Source: an uncultured archaeon (GTDB taxonomy: Archaea > Thermoproteota > Nitrososphaeria > Nitrososphaerales > Gagatemarchaeaceae). From it: a stretch of 12,339 bases of DNA. The notes beneath the pieces were generated by a model, which was not told the origin of the DNA, did no database searches, and was given only the letters and a program-made list of their open reading frames with translations. Positions 1 to 6,872 of this stretch are shown here, piece by piece. Where the stretch lies: NCBI GenBank assembly GCA_963817525.1, contig CAWFOU010000009.1, positions 1 to 12,339 on the forward strand, in the 5' to 3' direction. How positions within the stretch are numbered: the stretch's first letter is position 1; every line of letters starts with the position of its first letter. A program made the translations under genes and the position numbers.

Positions 1-46
1 CTGGCCTTTCGAGTCGGCGACGCGGGATCGAATCCCGCCCGGGGCA
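1..46 (+). tRNA. tRNA-Glu(TTC), 3' half (5' part lies outside the window)
   Basis: Anticodon arm CTGGC-CTTTCGA-GTCGG (anticodon TTC), short variable loop CGAC, T arm GCGGG-ATCGAAT-CCCGC, acceptor 3' strand CCGGGGC and discriminator A. CCA is not encoded. Confidence 0.92.
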
Positions 47-47
47 T
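34..47 (+). repeat. att core, tRNA-side copy (14-bp direct repeat)
   Basis: CCCGCCCGGGGCAT is identical to 4663-4676. Confidence 0.9.
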
Positions 48-76
48 CACTATCGCGAGTGCTGTTCCCTTCCATC

Positions 77-574
77 TCACGGTCCACCCACGTAGTCGAC
101 CGTCGAGTTCGTGGAGCCTTGCCAGACCTGGGTGCCGTTCGACCACTGAAGGCTGACTCTCATCGTGCCGTCGGCGGTCATCTGCTGGAAGTACCAATCG
201 TGGAGCGATCCCTGGTAGGGTAGCTGTACCTGGAAGGTCTGAGTCCCGTTGCCATAGATCGCGTTGCCGAACAGGCTGGTGGTCGTGAGAACAGAGACGT
301 CGTACGTACCGGCGTACTGACTGCGGCCAGCAGTAGTCCCGTTCTCGCCGGGGAAATATTTGGAGATGTTCGGCGTGTCCCCCACGGTGCAGTTGTCGCA
401 GCTCACCGTGAAGTAGAGGTAGTTCGCCGTCGTGCTCGTAGTCGAGGAGGTAGTCGAAAGTGAGACTGTCGACGCGGGCGCGGGGGTAGTACTCCTGGCA
501 GCGAAGACGGCGCCGAGCGAGACCACCAGAGCGACGAGCGCTACTCCGGTGATGGCCTTGTTGACGTTCTTCAT
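77..574 (-). CDS. Secreted or membrane-anchored protein with putative class III (prepilin-like) signal peptide
   Basis: N-terminus MKNVNKA|ITGVALVALVVSLGAVFAA, Ser/Thr-rich linker, beta-rich aromatic C-domain. ATG lies 4 nt after the upstream gene's stop, preceded by GAGGAG. Confidence 0.75.
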   Translation of the reverse strand: MKNVNKAITGVALVALVVSLGAVFAARSTTPAPASTVSLSTTSSTTSTTANYLYFTVSCDNCTVGDTPNISKYFPGENGTTAGRSQYAGTYDVSVLTTTSLFGNAIYGNGTQTFQVQLPYQGSLHDWYFQQMTADGTMRVSLQWSNGTQVWQGSTNSTVDYVGGP

Positions 575-578
575 CTTA

Positions 579-974
579 TCATCTCCTCGACGCGGGCTTC
601 CTCTCGCCCCGGGCGTTCATCACCTTGTAGACCTTGGGGATGGCCCAGGCGAACCCGATGTGGACGCAGTTGTCGGAGTCGTCGAGGCTGCAGAAGAGGA
701 CCTTGTCCCTGAACGTGAGCTCCGCGATCTCGTTCCGCCTGTTGTCCTTGATCAGGATCCTGTTATCGTCGACCGCGAGCTCCTCCAGGAGAGGCCCATA
801 GCGCCTCAGTTCCTCGTCACCTTCTATCACATCATATAGCAGTTCTTCTACAAAAGCGCCGAGGGCAGGACGGGTCCGCGGATTCGTGTATTTTCTCTCC
901 CGCGCGTGCTCCACCTTGTCGACCATCTCCTCGCGGAGGGAGACGCCCCTCCAACCGGGCCTCGTCATGCTCAC
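579..974 (-). CDS. Hypothetical protein with putative RHH/CopG-like N-terminus and Cys/His C-terminal motif
   Basis: N-terminal WRGVSLREEMVDKVE fits an RHH beta-alpha pattern; C-terminal FCSLDDSDNCVHIGFA (C-x7-CxH, SWIM-like). Start may be GTG 974 or ATG 968. Confidence 0.7.
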   Translation of the reverse strand: MSMTRPGWRGVSLREEMVDKVEHARERKYTNPRTRPALGAFVEELLYDVIEGDEELRRYGPLLEELAVDDNRILIKDNRRNEIAELTFRDKVLFCSLDDSDNCVHIGFAWAIPKVYKVMNARGERKPASRR

Positions 975-992
975 ATGGTGCTGGATGGTGCT
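975..992. promoter_or_regulatory. Tandem ATGGTGCT direct repeat in divergent intergenic region (candidate operator)
   Basis: ATGGTGCT at 975-982 and 985-992, 10-bp period. Confidence 0.4.
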
Positions 993-1024
993 ACATAAGG
1001 TTGAAGATACTCGGCACTGGTGTT

Positions 1025-2185
1025 ATGGCACTGAGGTCGATCCTCTCGTCTGACGTCTCGTCCATCAACGGGACGGAAAGCACCGGGCTGGCCATCTCCC
1101 TGAAGCCCAACACGACCTACGCCATCAAGGCGCACCTCTGGCTCTACGTCTCCGTCGGGAACATTCCAGGGCTACAAGTCCACGCGCCCGCTTCCGGGGC
1201 GGAGCTCACCTACGTCAACGCCATCTACGGCGTCCAGGCGCCGAGCAATGACAGCCAAAACGTGATGTCCGCTCCCAACGTCGGCACGGGGGCCAACTTC
1301 GCGGCCTGCGAGGCTTACGCCACGAGCGCATATTTCGGCGCGGAGATACTGAGCGGAGTGATAACCACCGGAGCGAGCGCGACCACGTTCCAGATAGACA
1401 TAGCCGACACCGCCACCACCGACAAGGTCAAGGCGGGCTCCTGGATAGAGGCCACGCCCATCCTGACGACGACCACCTCTGAGGAAACCATCACGCAGGG
1501 CCTGTTGTTCCCACTGTACATCTACCCGACGTCGCCGGCCTCGACGACCTGGGGTCCCCTCATCTCCATCGCAGAGGCCTACCCGACGATGTCGATCATC
1601 GCAGTCATCAACCCGGACAACGGCCCCGGCACGTCAGTCGACTCCAACTACACAGCGGGCATCTCCGCTCTGCAGGCGGTCGGGATCACCTGCGTAGGCT
1701 ACGTCAACACCTGCAACCCGCCAGGGACACTCCTCTCCTCAGGCACCATCGAGGGTTACATCGCCGAGTGGAAGTCGCTTTACCCGGCCATCACGGGAAT
1801 CTTCTTCGACAACGTCTACTACAACTCGGGAGCCAACGACAGCTTCTACGAGAGTCTGGTGACCTACTGCGGCACCGAGGGGTATTCTTTCACCATCGCC
1901 AACCCTGGTGAGAACGTCACAGACTCCGAACTTAGCATCTGCAACATCACCGTGATCTACGAGAACACGACGATCCCCACGACGGCGGACGTCGACGCCT
2001 ACTACCCGACCTACCCCATCAGCGAGCTCGCGTGGCTGGTCGGCAACGGCGGCCCCACGACGCTCTCGGGCTCGAACTACACCGCCATCGCGGCCGCGCA
2101 GGTCTACGTCAAGTACCTCTACGTCTGCAACGTCTACACGGCGTTCCCGTCTTACCTCGACGCTTTCGTGGCGGCGATCGCATAG
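1025..2185 (+). CDS. Two-domain protein: N-terminal beta-rich domain plus spherulation-specific family 4 (GH135-like) domain
   Basis: C-domain motifs LLFPLYIYP, AVINPDNGPG, VGYVNT, GIFFD, IANPG and VIYE match spherulin-4; Thr-rich linker TTTTSEET. ATG 1025 preferred over TTG 1001. Confidence 0.85.
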   Translation: MALRSILSSDVSSINGTESTGLAISLKPNTTYAIKAHLWLYVSVGNIPGLQVHAPASGAELTYVNAIYGVQAPSNDSQNVMSAPNVGTGANFAACEAYATSAYFGAEILSGVITTGASATTFQIDIADTATTDKVKAGSWIEATPILTTTTSEETITQGLLFPLYIYPTSPASTTWGPLISIAEAYPTMSIIAVINPDNGPGTSVDSNYTAGISALQAVGITCVGYVNTCNPPGTLLSSGTIEGYIAEWKSLYPAITGIFFDNVYYNSGANDSFYESLVTYCGTEGYSFTIANPGENVTDSELSICNITVIYENTTIPTTADVDAYYPTYPISELAWLVGNGGPTTLSGSNYTAIAAAQVYVKYLYVCNVYTAFPSYLDAFVAAIA

Positions 2186-2235
2186 TTGCCGTTCTCCCAA
2201 GGGCTAAAGTGAGATGTTGGAGACCCGAGCCCAAT

Positions 2236-2565
2236 ATGGGCTACCAGGTGGACCTGAACACCTTCATCGCCGCGCTCTCCATGCTGGCGGCCCTGGCCGT
2301 GGGCTACTACAGCAGGGAGAGCTTTCGCAAGGCAAACCCCAGCAGGATGCAGGTCGACATGGACGGGTTAAAGACCCGCATGCAGGATGTAGAGGACCGG
2401 GTTGAGGTCGACACGCAAGAAGGCGCGCTGATTGCAGACCGGCTCAAGATGATTCAAGAGATGCTCGTGGCGAACGCCGCAAGCAACGACAAGAATAGCG
2501 CCCGGGTGGACGGCCAGCTTCGAGACCTCTCTGCGCGCATCGACAACCTCTCCGACAGACGCTGA
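2236..2565 (+). CDS. Single-TM plus coiled-coil protein (109 aa), holin/XhlA-like architecture
   Basis: ATG 2236 within the listed 2032..2565 frame; hydrophobic helix FIAALSMLAALAVGYY followed by heptad segments such as LRDLSARIDNL. Confidence 0.72.
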   Translation: MGYQVDLNTFIAALSMLAALAVGYYSRESFRKANPSRMQVDMDGLKTRMQDVEDRVEVDTQEGALIADRLKMIQEMLVANAASNDKNSARVDGQLRDLSARIDNLSDRR

Positions 2566-2579
2566 CTCCATTTAAGCCG

Positions 2580-2885
2580 CTAACTCTTGGTGCCCCAACT
2601 TCGCTTTTTATCACGCGGGCCGCCGCGCAGCTTCCGGCCGCAGACCCTACCCTGGCGGATCCGCGGGCAGGACCACATCGTCTCGGGGTGGATCGTCGCG
2701 CAACGCTCCGGGCGCGTCATCCTCCTCGAGAAACGGCAGGCCTGGCACAGAAGAGGGTTGGAGACGGGCGACCTGGCGCCGCACTTGGGGCACACCCACG
2801 CATAGCAGAAGTCGCAAGGCTCGTCGCCGACGCGGTGGTCTCCCTCACATGCGGAGCAATACCGCTTCCGCGGCTCCGGGAGCAA
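2580..2885 (-). CDS. Multi zinc-finger protein
   Basis: Four CxxC motifs (CSAC, CDFC, CPKC, CQAC) plus further Cys and a basic tail; TTG start 1 nt after the upstream gene's stop. Confidence 0.7.
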   Translation of the reverse strand: MLPEPRKRYCSACEGDHRVGDEPCDFCYAWVCPKCGARSPVSNPLLCQACRFSRRMTRPERCATIHPETMWSCPRIRQGRVCGRKLRGGPRDKKRSWGTKS

Positions 2886-2886
2886 G

Positions 2887-3432
2887 TCACTGCTCGCGCA
2901 GGGTGCCGGCGACGTCGGTGCCCCTGAGCCCGCACCTGGAGCAGGTGATCAGGTGGGGGCCGGGCTCCCTGGCGGGCTCGATCCCCGGGGGCAGGGCTCG
3001 AGTTTGCGGTGACCGCAAACTGGGGCCGGCAGGCCTCCCCTCGTCCGACTTGAACCGCCTGGGCGTCATCTCGTAGGTGTACCGCTCCAGCCAGGGCGAG
3101 GCCTCGATGATCTCGGCCATGAGCTCCCCTCCAGGGACGCGGCCGGCGGCCAGGAGCACGTCGCCGTACGCCTCGAGCATCGAGACGACCTCCGCCGGGG
3201 GCATCCCGCGCTGCACGTTGTAGTGCAGCTTCAGCCTGAAGAACTCGAGGTCGTCCTTGGTGCGGATGTGCTTAATGCTCTTCCAGCCGGCCTTGATCCG
3301 GTGCGACCCGGAGATGGCCTCGTTTCGCCGGTCGTCCCAAATGACGGGATTGAGCTCCCCGACGACCTTGCGGGAGCGCCGGAGCTCGTCGATAGCGTCC
3401 TCCTGGAGAAACTGCGACGCGGCTGCGGCCAT
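2887..3432 (-). CDS. ParB/Srx N-terminal-like domain protein
   Basis: ELRRS...GELNPVIW...AISGSHRIKA fits the ParB/sulfiredoxin GxxR pattern; C-terminal CSRCG. Confidence 0.75.
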   Translation of the reverse strand: MAAAASQFLQEDAIDELRRSRKVVGELNPVIWDDRRNEAISGSHRIKAGWKSIKHIRTKDDLEFFRLKLHYNVQRGMPPAEVVSMLEAYGDVLLAAGRVPGGELMAEIIEASPWLERYTYEMTPRRFKSDEGRPAGPSLRSPQTRALPPGIEPAREPGPHLITCSRCGLRGTDVAGTLREQ

Positions 3433-3456
3433 GCCCTACTCATTCATTAGCAATTA

Positions 3457-3466
3457 TCTATAAAGG
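3457..3466 (-). promoter_or_regulatory. Archaeal TATA box for the ParB-like and Zn-finger genes
   Basis: Minus-strand TTTATA (3464-3459) about 27 nt upstream of ATG 3432 in an AT-rich gap. Confidence 0.6.
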
Positions 3467-3468
3467 TA

Positions 3469-4608
3469 TCATACGGTGTCAGACTTCAGGTCGCTCTTCC
3501 TGAGGTCGAGCAGCGAGGGGTCGACCTTCGCACCCGCCTGCAGGAGCCTGATGATCTCCGCCTGGTTCTTCTCGATGACCGCTAAGCGGTCGTCCTTGGC
3601 CATCGCCGCCTGGACGGTGAGAGCCATCCCGCACTTTGCGCACGTCTCCGCGTCCGTCGGCGACACGAACCCGCACCTGGGGCAGGCCTTCGGGACCTTG
3701 ATCTGCAGCGTCTCTCCCTGCTTCTTGATGCCGTAGGCGCTCAGCAGCTTCTCGTCGACGTCCCTGCCGCTGAGGTGGATGTACATGCGGGGCATCTTCG
3801 ACCCGATGCTCCAGCCCGCGAAGATGCAGAGCTCCGCCTCCATGAGGAACTTCGCCAAGTGCGTCAGCCTGGTGTGCCTGAAGATGTACGCGGTGACGCG
3901 CTTCCCGATCTTCGCGGCGGCGACCCAGCGCTTGACGACCTTCGCGAGCCCGAGGTACTTCAGCTGCGTGCCGTGGACCCCGTGCGACGCCTCCACCCAG
4001 AGGGGTGCGTCCCTGTCGGGCATCGGGTGGTTCTCGACGAGGTTGGCCAGGAGGGGGGCGGCGTTGATCACACGGACCCTGCGAGGCCCGGTCTTCCCCT
4101 TGCGGATGTAGACTACCGCCCCGAGCTCGTCGAACGCGACGTCCGACTTCCTCAGGCCCAGGAACTCGTGGGGCCTGAACGCGCCCTCGTAGAGCGTCTC
4201 GCACATCGCGCGGTCCCTGACCGACCGGCACGCCTTGCGGATGGCCGTGAGCTCGTCGTCGGTCAGGATGTCCTCAGGCCCCACCGTCTCGTCGGGCGAG
4301 CCCACCTTCAGCCCGTCGACGAAGTCCTTCCCCTTGAGCCACCGGAAGAACCGCTTGGTGATGAGCCGATAGTCGCGCTTGGTCCAGTCCTCGGCCTCCT
4401 TCTGCTTCGACTGAAAGTAGAGCCCGTCGATCTGTCCCCAGACCCCGACCAGGTCCTCCCGGCTGACCTCCCCGAAGGGCTTCCTCAGCCACCACGTCTC
4501 GACGCTGCGCAGGTAGGTGCGGTGCTTCTCGACCCGGCGCTTCGACATCGGCAGGATCGTCTTGATGAAGCGCTCGACGAGCTCCGCGTTGGTGGCCTGC
4601 ACCAGCAC
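3469..4608 (-). CDS. Tyrosine recombinase/integrase with C-terminal zinc ribbon
   Basis: Catalytic motifs AFRPHE (R), KGKTG (K), YIFRH, AGW and MPRMYIH (Y); C-terminal CPRCG-x9-CAKCG; SD AGGAGGTG 7 nt before the GTG. Confidence 0.95.
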   Translation of the reverse strand: MLVQATNAELVERFIKTILPMSKRRVEKHRTYLRSVETWWLRKPFGEVSREDLVGVWGQIDGLYFQSKQKEAEDWTKRDYRLITKRFFRWLKGKDFVDGLKVGSPDETVGPEDILTDDELTAIRKACRSVRDRAMCETLYEGAFRPHEFLGLRKSDVAFDELGAVVYIRKGKTGPRRVRVINAAPLLANLVENHPMPDRDAPLWVEASHGVHGTQLKYLGLAKVVKRWVAAAKIGKRVTAYIFRHTRLTHLAKFLMEAELCIFAGWSIGSKMPRMYIHLSGRDVDEKLLSAYGIKKQGETLQIKVPKACPRCGFVSPTDAETCAKCGMALTVQAAMAKDDRLAVIEKNQAEIIRLLQAGAKVDPSLLDLRKSDLKSDTV

Positions 4609-4662
4609 TCATGGCCACCTCCTATTTGTGCGCCGATGGGATTCTACCCTGCGGTCATCATG

Positions 4663-4676
4663 CCCGCCCGGGGCAT
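4663..4676 (+). repeat. att core, distal copy (duplicated tRNA 3' end)
   Basis: Identical to 34-47 and adjacent to the integrase 5' end. Confidence 0.9.
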
Positions 4677-4692
4677 TTCTTCGAAATGAGAG

Positions 4693-4699
4693 TTTTTTT
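4693..4699 (+). terminator. T7 tract, probably the displaced tRNA-Glu terminator
   Basis: TTTTTTT 16 nt after the distal att, preceded by the inverted repeat CATTTC-TTC-GAAATG (4674-4688). Confidence 0.55.
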
Positions 4700-4818
4700 C
4701 CTCTATTCGTCCAAAGGAGACAGAATCGGGCTGGCAAGGAACCACATCATCTCAGCGAAAAGTCAACCCTTCCTCGGCCGGTCGCCAAGAACGTGGATTG
4801 ATCGAGAGGGATAGGTTC

Positions 4819-4829
4819 TTTAATATTAA
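4819..4829 (+). promoter_or_regulatory. TATA-like box for the coiled-coil gene
   Basis: TTTAATATTAA about 24-34 nt upstream of ATG 4853. Confidence 0.55.
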
Positions 4830-4852
4830 GGCCTGAATAATATCGTATTAGA

Positions 4853-5230
4853 ATGGCAGCCAGGGTGAAAGAAGCTGCCGGTGCGGTGGAGAGGACATTG
4901 CTTCCCCGCCTCAACAGCATCGATGGCGAGCTCAAGTCCATCAACACTCGGATAGACTCAGTCAACAATCGGATAGACTCAGTCAACAATCGGATAGACT
5001 CGGTCAACAAACAGATTGATGGAGACATGAAATCAATCGATACCAGAATAGACTCGGTCAGCACAAGAATCGATGAGATGGACAAACGAATGAACATAAA
5101 GTTCGAGTCAGTACATACTCAAATCGACTCCGTCAGGACTGAAGTGCATGGACTTTCCGAGAAGGTAGACCTGATCAAGGACGTGGAGAAGCTCAAGCTG
5201 GAAGTCGCAGAGCTCAAGAGACGCAGGTAG
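4853..5230 (+). CDS. Heptad-repeat coiled-coil protein
   Basis: Continuous heptads of the RIDSVNN/RIDSVST type. Confidence 0.85.
   Translation: MAARVKEAAGAVERTLLPRLNSIDGELKSINTRIDSVNNRIDSVNNRIDSVNKQIDGDMKSIDTRIDSVSTRIDEMDKRMNIKFESVHTQIDSVRTEVHGLSEKVDLIKDVEKLKLEVAELKRRR
4949..5011 (+). repeat. 21-bp coding tandem repeat, 3 copies
   Basis: CGGATAGACTCAGTCAACAAT at 4949 and 4970 (identical) and 4991 (2 mismatches). Confidence 0.92.
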
Positions 5231-5240
5231 TTTTTGAGAG

Positions 5241-6062
5241 TCATTCGAGGCTCACCGAGTCCCCACGGCGGACGTTTCCGCCCCGAGTTACCGACGCGTA
5301 GATTCCCACGACCGTTTGGTTGTTCCTCGCGGCGGTCCTCAAGATGCCGAGGTCTCCTGGAAGGTCGCCCTGCGGCAAGGTCGTCATCACGCACCTGGAG
5401 CAACGCGCGGTGACCTTCAGGCACACCTCCTCGCCCACGGCGACCGTCTTGCCCACCCACGAATTCTCGACGAAGTCGGCCTGCCCGTCCGTCGGTCCGA
5501 CCACGATGTTCGGCCTAAACCGTCTGGCCTCGAAGCGCCCCTCCGGATATAGCTCCCGAAGACGGTCTATCGTGGAAGTCGTGAGAAGATGGACCGGAGA
5601 AGAATCGAAGAACGTGCGAGGGGGCATGGTCTCGTCGGTGACGACCTCTCTGTTGGCGAGCCCCTCGATGTCCGGCCAGTACTCCTCCAAGGTCGGGCCC
5701 TCCAGGCTCGGCCTCATCAGCTTCACTCGTCTCCCAAGGGTCTCTGACAGCGTCTCGTCGATATCTCGGTCAGAGGACAAGAGCGTCCCGTCAGGAAGGG
5801 ATATGCGCACGGGCGGGAGCTCGTCGCTCACCATTGGCTGTCCGGCATAGGTGGCGCGAAAGTCGAAGAGCCGCGCCCACTTCCGCGGGTTCTTCGCGCT
5901 GGCGACCTTTCCCGTCTCCTGGTCGACGAGCGCGAACGCCCGGTCGCCGAGCAGCCCACGCTCCGTCAGGTAGGAAGAATTCAGCTCCTCCCCCATCAAT
6001 GATTTGACGGGATAGCGATGGAGCGAGACCACGGACCCGACGGCTTGATTGGGCTGGCCCAT
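5241..6062 (-). CDS. MOSC domain protein (YcbX/mARC-like, with N-terminal beta-barrel)
   Basis: LHRYPVKS, GLLGDRAFAL, RRFRPNIVV and CSRCVMT (Moco-ligating Cys) motifs. Confidence 0.93.
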   Translation of the reverse strand: MGQPNQAVGSVVSLHRYPVKSLMGEELNSSYLTERGLLGDRAFALVDQETGKVASAKNPRKWARLFDFRATYAGQPMVSDELPPVRISLPDGTLLSSDRDIDETLSETLGRRVKLMRPSLEGPTLEEYWPDIEGLANREVVTDETMPPRTFFDSSPVHLLTTSTIDRLRELYPEGRFEARRFRPNIVVGPTDGQADFVENSWVGKTVAVGEEVCLKVTARCSRCVMTTLPQGDLPGDLGILRTAARNNQTVVGIYASVTRGGNVRRGDSVSLE

Positions 6063-6083
6063 GAGAGTCAGTCCGCTCTCGCT

Positions 6084-6092
6084 TATTTATGA
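6084..6092 (-). promoter_or_regulatory. TATA-like box for the MOSC gene
   Basis: Minus-strand TCATAAATA about 22-30 nt upstream of ATG 6062. Confidence 0.5.
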
Positions 6093-6115
6093 AAGCGCGG
6101 CCCATCCAGAACGAA

Positions 6116-6724
6116 CTACCCCCTCTTCGCCTGGCTCGCGAACCTCTTCTTGACGAGCTGCCCAAAGGCCCGCTTATCGTATCGGTATTCCCTGTCGGTG
6201 TCGAGCTCGTGGGAGAGCTGCTCCAGGGTGGCGTCCCTGAAGAGCACCTTCGAGATCCAGAGCCCAAGGTCCGTCGTCGTCCTGAAAGGCACCTCCATGG
6301 AGTAGAAGGGATAGTCGTAGGCCGTGGGCAACACCCCTACGAAGGGGAGGAAGAGGGTGACGAACCTGGAGCCCGCGGGGAGCTCCCTCCCGAAGTGCCC
6401 GACGTCCTCCTCCATCTCGTAGGTGCCGCAGTAGACGACGGTCGCATCGTGGATGTCCGAGTCCATGAAGTCCTCGTTCCTTATCTCGATCCGGTCAGAC
6501 AGGCCGAGCTTCTCGACGATGGCGGCGGCCTTCGCCGCCCTCCCTGCGTGCATCTCGATCCCCACGGCCCTCTTGACCCCGAACTCGGTGACCGCGACGA
6601 CGCACAGCTGTCCTCGCCCACACCCGAGGTCGCAGAAGACGTCCCTCTCGGTGGCCCGTGCGAGGGTGAGGAGCTTCCTGATGTGCCTGTTGCTCTGGTA
6701 GTCCTCCGGCCCCAACCTATCCAA
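6116..6724 (-). CDS. Class I SAM-dependent methyltransferase (DOT1/FAM173-like pattern)
   Basis: Motif I FCDLGCGRG, AVGIE and DF...DATVVY; start codon uncertain. Confidence 0.85.
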   Translation of the reverse strand: MDRLGPEDYQSNRHIRKLLTLARATERDVFCDLGCGRGQLCVVAVTEFGVKRAVGIEMHAGRAAKAAAIVEKLGLSDRIEIRNEDFMDSDIHDATVVYCGTYEMEEDVGHFGRELPAGSRFVTLFLPFVGVLPTAYDYPFYSMEVPFRTTTDLGLWISKVLFRDATLEQLSHELDTDREYRYDKRAFGQLVKKRFASQAKRG

Positions 6725-6872
6725 CGCGACTTACGCCGGCTCCCGCCCAGAGCGCGCCCAGATAAGAAGGGCGGACATCGAGGTACCCCGACGGACTCCC
6801 CGGCTCGCGACCGGTCCGGAGGCGTCCCTCGCCAACTATAATACACGGGTCAAGAAACAGCGCCCGAGCGTC

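Larger units (their letters stand above)
34..4676. mobile_element. tRNA-Glu-integrated mini element (predicted circle 4629 bp); satellite, small integrative element or provirus remnant
   Basis: Direct repeat of the tRNA 3' end at both borders; a tyrosine integrase starts 55 bp from the distal repeat; cargo is typical of mobile elements. Confidence 0.88.

Noticed and set aside
2032-2235. Upstream extension of the TM coiled-coil ORF
   Set aside because: Overlaps the GH135 gene with Arg-rich shadow sequence; ATG 2236 is more plausible.
4274-4618. Out-of-frame ORF sharing the integrase SD (ATG 4612)
   Set aside because: Only 3 nt of SD spacing and shadow-like composition.
4609-4676. SSV1-type split integrase
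   Set aside because: The att lies outside the ORF, and an in-frame TGA and an SD immediately precede the GTG start.
3479-4689. Long alternative and antisense ORFs over the integrase
   Set aside because: Shadow ORFs expected from high GC at third codon positions; no motifs.
4949-5011. CRISPR-like array
   Set aside because: Head-to-tail repeats with no spacers, in frame within a coiled-coil CDS.
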